Shown here: positions 50,124-58,975 of the stretch, piece after piece | How positions within the stretch are numbered: the stretch's first letter is position 1 | How the letters are laid out: each line of letters begins with the position of its first letter | The notes under the pieces: generated by a model | The model's input: only the letters and a program-made list of their open reading frames with translations | Told to the model about the DNA's origin: nothing | Database searches by the model: none | Made by a program: the position numbers and the translations under genes | Virus record (IMG/VR): IMGVR_UViG_3300042391_001456 | Location: 1 to 64,000 of that record | DNA: 64,000 bases | From: a virus | Direction: 5' to 3' (one strand)

Positions 50124-50159
50124 ACTTATAGAATATCTAATATAAAATAGTTAATCAGA

Positions 50160-50363
50160 ATGGATATAATTGGATCTAAAATAAGAGTTTTAACATATTA
50201 TAAGGAGTGGAAAGATTCTAATTCTAATATAGTTGCATCACATTCTAAATATAATGATTTAGAGGTGTTAAGTATTGAAGAAGTTAAAAAGTATGATGAT
50301 TTTATTAAATATCGTTTAACAATGACGGACGGTGTTGTTTTAAATTTATTCAAAGGATATTAA
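50160..50363 (+). CDS. Hypothetical protein
   Basis: ORF behind an AAACTT-N12-ATATAA element. Confidence 0.6.
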   Translation: MDIIGSKIRVLTYYKEWKDSNSNIVASHSKYNDLEVLSIEEVKKYDDFIKYRLTMTDGVVLNLFKGY

Positions 50364-50462
50364 AGATAATAAAAAAAATTGAAATTAAAAACTTTTATAT
50401 TAAAATTTAATATAAATACTAACTGACAACGAAGTCAGTATTAAAAACAAATAAAAAGCAAA

Positions 50463-51443
50463 ATGGCAAATGAAATGGACGATCTATTTAATGGCGGATT
50501 AGACAGTAAAATGGATTTTTTAAACGAGCAAAAAGGAAGTACTAAAAACAATGATGGAATCTACCGAGTAGATTTATCAAAAGTTAAGGACAAAAAAAGA
50601 GGATGGAGATCTGTAGTGAGATTTTTACCTAATTTAACTAAAGAGAGTAAAGTTGGTGAATTAGCAGTTGAGAAAATTACTCACTATGTTGATATCAAAA
50701 ATCCTAAAGAATTGAGTGGATGGTTTGATTCTCCAAAAAATTTCAACGAAAAATGTGCATTAACTGATTTGTATTACACTATGCAAAACTCTAAAAATGC
50801 AGTTTTAATTGAAAAATCAAAACAATTAAAGTATTCAAAAAAGTATTATTCTTATGTACTTGTAATTGAAGATGAGCAACAACCAGAATTAGTTGGTAAA
50901 ACTATGATCTTCCAATACGGTAAAACAATTAAAGATAAAATTTCACAAGAGAAAAACGGAGAAATCTCAGGAGTTCCTTGTAATGTTTTTGATTTAGCTG
51001 AGGGTAAAGATTTCGTAATGATTGTTAAAGAAATTCAAACTGGTGATGAAAAATACCCAGATTATAAAATGTCTACTTTTAAAAGTGATACAACTTCTTT
51101 ACCAATTTATTTTAAAGACAAAGGAGCATTCAAAAACGTACCAACAACAGAAGTGGATGGTAAGTTAAGAGTTACATCTGAAGCTCAATCAAAAGTTAGA
51201 GATTTCTTGTTAGATAGAGAACATGATTTAGAAGAATTCGCACCTAAAAAGTTAAGTGATGATCAAAATGGAAAAATTACTGAGATTATTAATTTCTTAA
51301 CAGGAAAATCTTCTCAAACTTTCGCTAAGACTGAGACAAAACCATCATCCGATGATTTTGATTTTGATGATAGTTTTACACAAAAAACAACATCTACTAC
51401 ATCAGTAGAGGCTGAAGAAGATGATTTTTTTGGTGATTTCTAA
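50463..51443 (+). CDS. Single-stranded DNA-binding protein (T4 gp32-like)
   Basis: VVRFLP, YYSYVLVIED...PE..GK..IF.YG..I..KI, FD...G.DF, acidic tail EEDDFFGDF. Confidence 0.92.
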   Translation: MANEMDDLFNGGLDSKMDFLNEQKGSTKNNDGIYRVDLSKVKDKKRGWRSVVRFLPNLTKESKVGELAVEKITHYVDIKNPKELSGWFDSPKNFNEKCALTDLYYTMQNSKNAVLIEKSKQLKYSKKYYSYVLVIEDEQQPELVGKTMIFQYGKTIKDKISQEKNGEISGVPCNVFDLAEGKDFVMIVKEIQTGDEKYPDYKMSTFKSDTTSLPIYFKDKGAFKNVPTTEVDGKLRVTSEAQSKVRDFLLDREHDLEEFAPKKLSDDQNGKITEIINFLTGKSSQTFAKTETKPSSDDFDFDDSFTQKTTSTTSVEAEEDDFFGDF

Positions 51444-51589
51444 TAACAATTAAAATTATAAAATTTTAAAACCTGACTTAAAAAGTCAGGTTTTTTTTGT
51501 GCTCAATAATTTATATAAAAAATCCACTCTTTTTAAAAGAGAGCTTTTATCTACAATATATACACTTAGATAAAAAATAAATAAATTAA

Positions 51590-53713
51590 ATGAAACCAGT
51601 TTTAATTGTAGAAAATTCGACTAATTCCTTAATTAAGGAATCTGTAGCTAAGAACGATTATATATTAGGTGGTATTTTCACTGAATTCGGAGTTAAAAAC
51701 CGTAATGAAAGAATTTACACAGCTGATAAATTTCTTCCAGCTTTACAGGAGATGAATGAAAGAATGTCTGGATTAGGAGCCGTTTACGGTGAATTTGATC
51801 ATCCAGATGTTTTTGATACTTCATTATCAAGAGCTTCTCACATAATTACAAAAGCTAATTATGTTCAGGAATCTAATCACGTTGCTGGTGAAATCAGATT
51901 ATTAAGTACTTATTGGGGTAAAGAAGCTAAGGCGCTTGTCGATGACGGGTGTCCTGTTTTTGTTTCTTCTAGAGCAGCAGGTATTACTGAATCTGATGGA
52001 TCAGTATCTCTTAAAAAATTATTTACTTATGATATCGTTGCTGACCCTGGATTTGCATCTGCAAAGATGAGTGTTAAGGTCTTAAATGAGTCATTAGGTT
52101 ATGATAATCCACAATCTAACTTTAGGATATATGAAATGTCCGATGAGTCAAAAATAAATGATCTATTTAACATGAATAAAAATGAATTTGTTACCAAGCA
52201 ACAATTAACTGACTATTCTAAATATTTAGTTAATGAATTAGCTTCTACTAAAAAAGAAGTTAAAACTGCTATTTCTAAAGGTAATTTAACACCTAAGAAA
52301 TTAGAGCAACTACTTGAGTATTATGATGAGTTAAATACTACTAATACACAAGTTGTTAAGTATTTAGATTATTTAGCTGAAAAAGTTCAAATTATGGTTA
52401 ATGAGAATAAGTCTTTGAAAGAAACAACAGACAAACTTATTAAACACAATGACTATTTAGCTGAAAATCTTGAAAAAGCTGTTAATTACTCTGAGTATTT
52501 AGCTGAAAATTTAGATAAGAATATTGCTTATTCTGAATATGTAGCTGAGAACTTAGATAAAAACATCTCTTATTCTGAGTATATCGCTGAGAACTTAGAT
52601 AAAAATATTGCTTATTCTGAGTATATCGCTGAGAACTTAGATAAAAATATTGCTTATTCTGAGTATATCGCTGAGAACTTAGATAAAAATATTGCTTATT
52701 CTGAGTATATCGCTGAGAACTTAGATAAAAACATCGCTTATTCTGAGTATATCGCTGAGCACGTTGATAATAATATTGCGTATTCTGAATATTTAGCTGA
52801 GCACGTTGAGGGAAATATCGCTTATTCTGAGTATATCGCTGAGAATTTAGATGATAACATCGCTTATTCTGAGTATATCGCTGAGAATTTAGATAAATCT
52901 ATTTCTTACTCTGAAATGATTACTGAAACACTTAAGGGTGGTAAAGTATTCGAATCATATGAAAATTTCCCAACATTACAAGATGCTGGAATTTCAGCAA
53001 TTGAATCTGAAAAAGAAGAAGTTGAAGAAAGAGAAGAAGAAAGAGAAGATTTAGGTATCTCTCACATTTCAGACGAAAAAGAATATTACACAGAAGAAGA
53101 AAAAGAAGAAAATATTGAAAATTTAGAAGAAGAAAAAGAAGAAGAAGAAGATTGTACACCTGCTTATGAAGAAAAAACATTTAATGGTGATACTGATACT
53201 GAGCTGTCTTTATCTATCGATAAACTAATTGAGGAAGCTAAAAAACGTAAAGTTTCTGAAACATCAGATTTGAATTTCTTGAAATTCTTATCTAAATCAC
53301 AAGTTGATAGTTTTTATGCATTAACTAATGAAGAGCAAGAAACTGTTAAACTTCACATAAACGAAAGAAGTTACTTCACAGGAAAAGAAGTTCTTACATT
53401 AATTTCTGAAGCACTATCAACTAAAAATGAAACTCTTGAAGAAAGAGTTATCAGAATGATGCCTGAAAACACTAAGGCTATCTGGAATCAGTTAAATGAA
53501 TCTGCTAAAAAATCTTTCCTTTCACAGGCTAGATTATACCCAGAGGAAATGTTGATGACTGAATCACAAGTTGATCATTTCTGGGGAACTAGAAACATCA
53601 AAACAAATGAATCTGTAACTAAAAAATTAGTTTCTCATGATGCTTTAATTCAAGAAGATAAATTATCTGATAATGAAGTTAGTGCTATTATGGAAAGGTT
53701 CAAAAATATTTAA
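51590..53713 (+). CDS. Prohead protease (T4 gp21-like) fused to a scaffold/core region
   Basis: KNRNERIY, GEFDHP, SH.I, VSSRAAG, TYDIVADPGF; then coiled-coil repeats and an acidic linker; directly upstream of the capsid gene. Confidence 0.93.
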   Translation: MKPVLIVENSTNSLIKESVAKNDYILGGIFTEFGVKNRNERIYTADKFLPALQEMNERMSGLGAVYGEFDHPDVFDTSLSRASHIITKANYVQESNHVAGEIRLLSTYWGKEAKALVDDGCPVFVSSRAAGITESDGSVSLKKLFTYDIVADPGFASAKMSVKVLNESLGYDNPQSNFRIYEMSDESKINDLFNMNKNEFVTKQQLTDYSKYLVNELASTKKEVKTAISKGNLTPKKLEQLLEYYDELNTTNTQVVKYLDYLAEKVQIMVNENKSLKETTDKLIKHNDYLAENLEKAVNYSEYLAENLDKNIAYSEYVAENLDKNISYSEYIAENLDKNIAYSEYIAENLDKNIAYSEYIAENLDKNIAYSEYIAENLDKNIAYSEYIAEHVDNNIAYSEYLAEHVEGNIAYSEYIAENLDDNIAYSEYIAENLDKSISYSEMITETLKGGKVFESYENFPTLQDAGISAIESEKEEVEEREEEREDLGISHISDEKEYYTEEEKEENIENLEEEKEEEEDCTPAYEEKTFNGDTDTELSLSIDKLIEEAKKRKVSETSDLNFLKFLSKSQVDSFYALTNEEQETVKLHINERSYFTGKEVLTLISEALSTKNETLEERVIRMMPENTKAIWNQLNESAKKSFLSQARLYPEEMLMTESQVDHFWGTRNIKTNESVTKKLVSHDALIQEDKLSDNEVSAIMERFKNI
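52445..52927 (+). repeat. 42-bp (14-aa) in-frame tandem repeat YSEYIAENLDKNIA, 10 full copies plus 2 degenerate
   Basis: Units start at 52487 and step by 42 to 52907. Confidence 0.97.
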
Positions 53714-53797
53714 TCTATAAAAAATCCACACTTGAAAAAAACGAGTAAAAATAAGGAAATATATAGAAAATAAAAATAAAAAAAAATAAAATAAATT

Positions 53798-55489
53798 ATG
53801 TCACACATTAGAATAGACAATGCGAAAGCAACTAAGAAATGGGCTCCAGTTTTAGAAAACATGGGAGTAACTGGTGATAGAGTTGAATGGATGGCTGAAT
53901 ATGCTGAGTTTCACTCTATTAACGAAAATGCGTATGTAAACGCTGCAAACGTAGCAGGTATGGGAGCTATAACAGCTGCACAACCAGGATTATATGCTGG
54001 TACTACTACAACTGCTGCTCAAGGTACATATGGTCCTTTATCAGGTTCAGGAGACGTAGGTCAAAACCTTTTACCAGTAGCTATGAAAATTGCTGCTCAA
54101 ACAATCGGTTTAGATTTAGTAGCAGTTAAACCAACTCCAGGTCCGAAAATCGATTTACTTTATGTAGATTTCGTTTATGATGACGTTGATCAATTACAAA
54201 ACGAAAGACCACAAGTATTTAAATTAGCAAGTGTTAACGAAACTTTGGTAAATAACTTAACTAATTTGGTTAAAGCTGAAGGTAGATTAGTAACTGGTGG
54301 TATCAGTGGTACTAGAGTTTTTGTTGGTATTACACAATCTAACGCATTTAGCGCAACTTCAGAATCTTCGTTCCCAGCAACTGGAAAAGCAGGTGTTGTT
54401 GAATTTTTAGGTTTCTCAAGAATTGATGGATATCCAATGTTTAAAGCTTATAGACAAGCTAATACAGGTGGTCAATTTAACTACTTCTCATTTGATTCAA
54501 AATTAAATACATTTGACTCATCTAGTGCTATGTCTGCTCAGATTAAAACAATCGCTGGATATACTTTCTCAGCTGCTCCTTCAATTGAATTAGTATCTGC
54601 ATTAGAAGATCATATCCCAGGTTTCTCTGCAAACTGGACAGGAGCAAAAGCATCTGGTGATTATCCAATGGATCGTTACTCTGATGATACATCTTATTCA
54701 GGTGTTATCGGACCAAAAATCTCTTCTAAAACTATCGCAGTTGGTACTATCGAAGTATCTTCAGCTTTAAGAAGAACTGAAATCGAAGATATTAAAGCTA
54801 ACACTGGTATGGATATCGTTCAAAAAATGGAATCTATCCTTGTTAATGAATTATCTCAAACAATTTCTAAACAAATCGTTGCTAAGATTTTTGAAATGGG
54901 TGAATTAAACAGAAAAAGTAGTGCTCCTTTAAGATCAGGTGTTTCTTCTTTCGTTTCTGCTTCTGCTTCAACTATCTTTGACTTGAACACTAATTATGCG
55001 TCTACTTCAGTTTCTGGTGAAACTACTCACGCTGTTCAAAGAAAATTGATTACTAAAATTGCACACGCTTCTAACTTCATCGCTACTGAAGGTCGTGTAG
55101 GACCAGCTCAATACATCATTACAAATGGAGGTTTAGCTGCAGCACTTCAAGATATCGCTGGTTATACTATTAACCCAGTTAAATCTAAATTAAACGGACA
55201 AGGTCAATTATACCCTGTAGGTTCAATCGGAGATATTTCTATCTATGTTGATCCATACATGAAGTATAATGATAACAGAATCGTTTTAGGAAGAAAAAAC
55301 AACGCTGATCAACCAGGTATCATTTTCGTACCTTATTTAATGGCACAATCTATCTCAGTTATTTCTGAAGCGACTTTCGCTCCAAGAATGTTACTAAGAT
55401 CAAGATATGCAGTTGCTGAAGTTGGATGGTATCCACAAAAACAATTTATGACGATTGTTGTTGAAGATGCAAATCAATTATTAAACTAA
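53798..55489 (+). CDS. Major capsid protein (T4 gp23-like)
   Basis: KKWAPVLE, DLVAVKP..GP, YVDPY, FVPY, TFAPR....SRY. Confidence 0.95.
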   Translation: MSHIRIDNAKATKKWAPVLENMGVTGDRVEWMAEYAEFHSINENAYVNAANVAGMGAITAAQPGLYAGTTTTAAQGTYGPLSGSGDVGQNLLPVAMKIAAQTIGLDLVAVKPTPGPKIDLLYVDFVYDDVDQLQNERPQVFKLASVNETLVNNLTNLVKAEGRLVTGGISGTRVFVGITQSNAFSATSESSFPATGKAGVVEFLGFSRIDGYPMFKAYRQANTGGQFNYFSFDSKLNTFDSSSAMSAQIKTIAGYTFSAAPSIELVSALEDHIPGFSANWTGAKASGDYPMDRYSDDTSYSGVIGPKISSKTIAVGTIEVSSALRRTEIEDIKANTGMDIVQKMESILVNELSQTISKQIVAKIFEMGELNRKSSAPLRSGVSSFVSASASTIFDLNTNYASTSVSGETTHAVQRKLITKIAHASNFIATEGRVGPAQYIITNGGLAAALQDIAGYTINPVKSKLNGQGQLYPVGSIGDISIYVDPYMKYNDNRIVLGRKNNADQPGIIFVPYLMAQSISVISEATFAPRMLLRSRYAVAEVGWYPQKQFMTIVVEDANQLLN

Positions 55490-55506
55490 TCATAAATAGA
55501 TTATAT

Positions 55507-55543
55507 AGAAAAGAGAGAACAAAAGTTCTCTCTTTTTTTTTTT
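55507..55543 (+). terminator. Intrinsic terminator after the capsid gene
   Basis: AAAAGAGAGAAC-AAAA-GTTCTCTCTTTTTTTTTT. Confidence 0.88.
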
Positions 55544-55621
55544 ATATAAATTATTATATAACGAGTCTCTCTTTATACTCTAAATTTCTAAAAGTGATTT
55601 TATAAGTTTAATATATAAATC

Positions 55622-55957
55622 ATGAGTAATTATTTATTTGCATATGGTATGTTTAGAGATGCCGCTAGAAACCTTTTAGGAAAACCAAAACACATTGGTA
55701 GAAAAAGTGTATTAGGTACAATGTGGAGAGTAGATCCATTTTACCCAGGTGTTGTTTTAGATGATAAAAATGTAGTTTGGGGTGATTTGTATGAAATTGA
55801 TACAAAAGTTCTTCCAGAATTAGATGAGTTTGAGGGAGAAGAATATTATAGAAGGATTATTAAAACTCAAGATGGTATTGAGTGTTGGATATATGAATGG
55901 ATATTACCCACTACTTCATTTAAAATTATTAAAAGTGGAGATTGGTTAATTAGATAA
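55622..55957 (+). CDS. Gamma-glutamylcyclotransferase (AIG2-like)
   Basis: LFAYG, YPG, VWGDLYEI...L..LDEFEG..Y.R, WIY. Confidence 0.85.
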   Translation: MSNYLFAYGMFRDAARNLLGKPKHIGRKSVLGTMWRVDPFYPGVVLDDKNVVWGDLYEIDTKVLPELDEFEGEEYYRRIIKTQDGIECWIYEWILPTTSFKIIKSGDWLIR

Positions 55958-55972
55958 AAATATTTAATAAAA

Positions 55973-56590
55973 ATGATTAAAAAATATATCGAATATATTA
56001 AAGAGAATGTTACACCCAAAAGTGATGTAGCTGAGCTCAATGGAAATGGACTAGATGTTAAACACAAAACATTAATTGATATTAATAATCCTGATATGAA
56101 ATATGATATTTATTGGGGTAGAAATGCAAAAACTAATGATTATTTAACAACTAATTTTTCTGGTAAATTTGCCAGACAAATTGGTGGTAATTTACCTAGT
56201 GAAAATGATATTTGGATGCATATAACAAGTTCTTTAAATAAAGAACATTTTTATAAGACTAAATCTGGTGATGTTTTTGAGGGAGATAAACCTGAAAGAA
56301 GAGTTGTTGGAACACATTTAATAATAAAAACTCTGAAAGATGATAAAGTTCCAGAAAATATTATCTTACAATCTGCTGATATAGTTAGAAAAAATAGTCA
56401 TTTAGAAATTATCACAGAAGAAGGAAAAAAGAGAATAGTTGCTACCGACTTAGAAAATTGTGATATAGTTTTTTGTAAAAAGAATTATGTTAGTAAAAAA
56501 CCAGGTAGTGTATTAGGTCAAGTTCAAGTTGAACACTCAAACGCTAGATACATTCAATATACAAAGGGAAATATAAATATTAAAAATTAA
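55973..56590 (+). CDS. NFACT-R (DUF814) RNA-binding domain protein with tag (MIKKYIEYIKE)
   Basis: I..GRNA..ND.LT...DIWMH...G.H.II...PG...G.V. Confidence 0.75.
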   Translation: MIKKYIEYIKENVTPKSDVAELNGNGLDVKHKTLIDINNPDMKYDIYWGRNAKTNDYLTTNFSGKFARQIGGNLPSENDIWMHITSSLNKEHFYKTKSGDVFEGDKPERRVVGTHLIIKTLKDDKVPENIILQSADIVRKNSHLEIITEEGKKRIVATDLENCDIVFCKKNYVSKKPGSVLGQVQVEHSNARYIQYTKGNINIKN

Positions 56591-56616
56591 TATATACTAA
56601 AAATAAAAATAAAAAA

Positions 56617-58452
56617 ATGGCAGAAGAAACAAATCTACCAAAAATAAAAATATCTAAAGAATTAGCATCGGTATTACAAAAAACTGAAGACTTAGGTGAT
56701 TATATCTCATTTGAAATAATTTGTATGGGTGATGATGATAGTGAGCATTTTAATGGTTTAAAAATTACAGATGTGAATGTTTCAAAAAAAGATTTTTGTT
56801 TTGAAGTAACTACATTAGATGGTAAGAAAATGGATATGAAGTGTGGTAATTTCATTAGATACTACTTTCATAACTATTTTACACCAAGTGATATTCAAAA
56901 CTTCGTAAACCTTTATAATAAAGTTAAAAATGGTGAGTCAGTGGCTGATGAAAAAATTCCAATCAATGTTTCAAAGTTTGAATATAATCCGTTAGATCCG
57001 AGATCTACTTTTCTTTCACTTGTTACTAAAACATATCCACATGGACACGAAGATGAAGTTCTTCAATTCTTACCACAATTGGATAAAGATATCGTTGGAA
57101 ACTATTACAAAATAATTGGAGATAATCCAACAACAATGTTTACATGTCATTTAGATACTGCTGATAGAAAACAGGCTGTTACAAGACTTTATTCTATACA
57201 AGTTGATGATCAAGAACATATTGTTACCGATGGTACAACTGTATTAGGAGCTGATGATAAATCAGGAACAACAGTTATGTTATATATGATGGCAAAAAAT
57301 GTACCAGGTCTTTATTACTTCTTTATCGGAGAAGAAAGGGGTGGTATTGGATCTAGAGCTTTAGCTGATAAATATGATGAAGTTTCTTATTTAAAAAATA
57401 TTAAAAGATGTGTTTCTTTTGATAGAAGAAAGACTATTTCAGTTATCACCTCACAAGCAGGTGGTGTTTGTTGTTCTGATGAATTTGCAAATGCTCTTTG
57501 TGATGAGTATAATAAAAATGGATTAAATCTTAAACCAGACCCAACTGGAGTATTTACTGATTCGGCTTCATTCATTGATGATATTTCAGAATGTACAAAT
57601 GTTTCTGTTGGATATCTTAACGAACATACTGGTAAAGAAATTCAAAATATGGATTATTTAATAGATTTATGTAAAGCATCTGTTAATGTTAATTGGGATT
57701 CATTACCAACTGTTAGAACTGTTCAAGATAGAGCAGCTATGAAAGAAATGATTAATAGAGTAAAATCTTCAAATAAAGAATTTGTTGATTCGTTAAAAGG
57801 TGTTAATTTGGATAAAACTATTTCCACAGATTATGGAAATGTATATGTTAATTTTGATTTAGATAATGAGTCTCTTGATAACATCATTGAAAGTTTAACA
57901 GAGTTGAGAAAGGTAATGAGATTACACAAAAAGCCAGCTTCTTGTTTATTCGATGAAACTTATTTACAAATATTTTTAGGTAAAGAAAGTGGTCAAAAAA
58001 TAACAACACTTGATATTGAAGATGATGATAAATATGAGTCTCAAAAATTAAAAAAATATGAACAATTTTTAACTGAAAAATACTGGGATGATGAAGATGG
58101 TCAAGATGAAGATGAAGAAGATAACGATAAAGAACAAGATATAGAACATCTTAAATATCTTTTAAGGCAAATGTTGACTAAAGCAGGTATTAAGAATTCT
58201 ACAATAACTAATAATGGATTGAATTTAAAAATTCAAATTATTCCACCATCGTATGGGATGATTGACTATTTTTATAAATTAGATGATATTATACACATCT
58301 ATGAAACAATTAAAAAGTTTGATAAAGATATTTTAGTTGATTTTGATTTAGAGTGTGATATTTGGGAAACTAAAAAAATAGAACCTCTTTTAATTTTCAA
58401 TTTCTATTCTAACCAAGATGATTATGAAGATGAATCTGGTTTACCATTTTAA
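56617..58452 (+). CDS. M28/M20-like zinc peptidase with internal tag (KLKKYEQFLTE) and an extra C-terminal domain
   Basis: CHLDT, LGADDKSG, GEERG..GS, SFDR, TDS, N.SVGY..EHT. Confidence 0.85.
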   Translation: MAEETNLPKIKISKELASVLQKTEDLGDYISFEIICMGDDDSEHFNGLKITDVNVSKKDFCFEVTTLDGKKMDMKCGNFIRYYFHNYFTPSDIQNFVNLYNKVKNGESVADEKIPINVSKFEYNPLDPRSTFLSLVTKTYPHGHEDEVLQFLPQLDKDIVGNYYKIIGDNPTTMFTCHLDTADRKQAVTRLYSIQVDDQEHIVTDGTTVLGADDKSGTTVMLYMMAKNVPGLYYFFIGEERGGIGSRALADKYDEVSYLKNIKRCVSFDRRKTISVITSQAGGVCCSDEFANALCDEYNKNGLNLKPDPTGVFTDSASFIDDISECTNVSVGYLNEHTGKEIQNMDYLIDLCKASVNVNWDSLPTVRTVQDRAAMKEMINRVKSSNKEFVDSLKGVNLDKTISTDYGNVYVNFDLDNESLDNIIESLTELRKVMRLHKKPASCLFDETYLQIFLGKESGQKITTLDIEDDDKYESQKLKKYEQFLTEKYWDDEDGQDEDEEDNDKEQDIEHLKYLLRQMLTKAGIKNSTITNNGLNLKIQIIPPSYGMIDYFYKLDDIIHIYETIKKFDKDILVDFDLECDIWETKKIEPLLIFNFYSNQDDYEDESGLPF

Positions 58453-58500
58453 TAAAATTAAATAACTCACTTTTTTAGTGAGTTATTTTTTTTTAAACTT

Positions 58501-58532
58501 TTTGTATATTTAAAATATTATATATATATTTG
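58501..58532 (+). promoter_or_regulatory. Full Bacteroidota consensus promoter TTTG-N20-TATATTTG for the tmRNA
   Basis: TTTG 58501-58504, TATATTTG 58525-58532. Confidence 0.8.
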
Positions 58533-58554
58533 TAGAAATAATTACAAAAACTAT

Positions 58555-58920
58555 GGGGGCGTCATTAGATTCGCCTAGCAGTGTGTAGGTGGTTATGCAG
58601 GAATCGGGTTTTCATATGTCCGATCAATAAATTATATGATAACGTCGTAAATGGCAAAACAAATGAAGTAGGAACTCGTGAAGATTTAGTAGCGGCCCTA
58701 AACGCAATCAAAGCTGAAGAGCTTGAATTAGTTTAATTAAGAGAAACTAATCAAAAAAATTCTCCGACTGTATCACACAGTAAATGTGAAACCAGAATTG
58801 TTAGAGTGATGGGTTAATTCAACTAACTATTTTGTAAGTTTAGAAAAATTTACTATTCCTGTGAATGAGTAATTACAAACAGCTGATTAGTACACCCGGG
58901 GCGGTTCCGGGTCGCTTCCA
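58555..58920 (+). ncRNA. ssrA: tmRNA
   Basis: Acceptor stem GGGGGCG/CGCTTCC-A with G3.U70; T-arm ACCCGG/CCGGGT; long P2 helix (GCAGGAAT/ATTCCTGT); pk1 (TCGGGT/GTCCGA with TCATAT/ATATGA); tag ORF 58653-58736; terminator follows. Confidence 0.9.
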
Positions 58921-58925
58921 CTAAA

Positions 58926-58954
58926 CAAAGTCCACTTTTAAAGTGGACTTTTTT
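58926..58954 (+). terminator. Intrinsic terminator after the tmRNA
   Basis: AAAGTCCACTTT-T-AAAGTGGACTTTTTT. Confidence 0.85.
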
Positions 58955-58975
58955 GTTTTAAAAAATATAATTTTT

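Noticed and set aside
52445-52927. 42-bp repeat array as a CRISPR array
   Set aside because: Head-to-tail repeats with no spacers, in frame within the protease-scaffold gene, varying mainly at synonymous positions; no cas genes
58890-58920. Stand-alone tRNA
   Set aside because: It is the 3' tRNA-like half of the tmRNA; I saw no complete tRNA cloverleaf in the window
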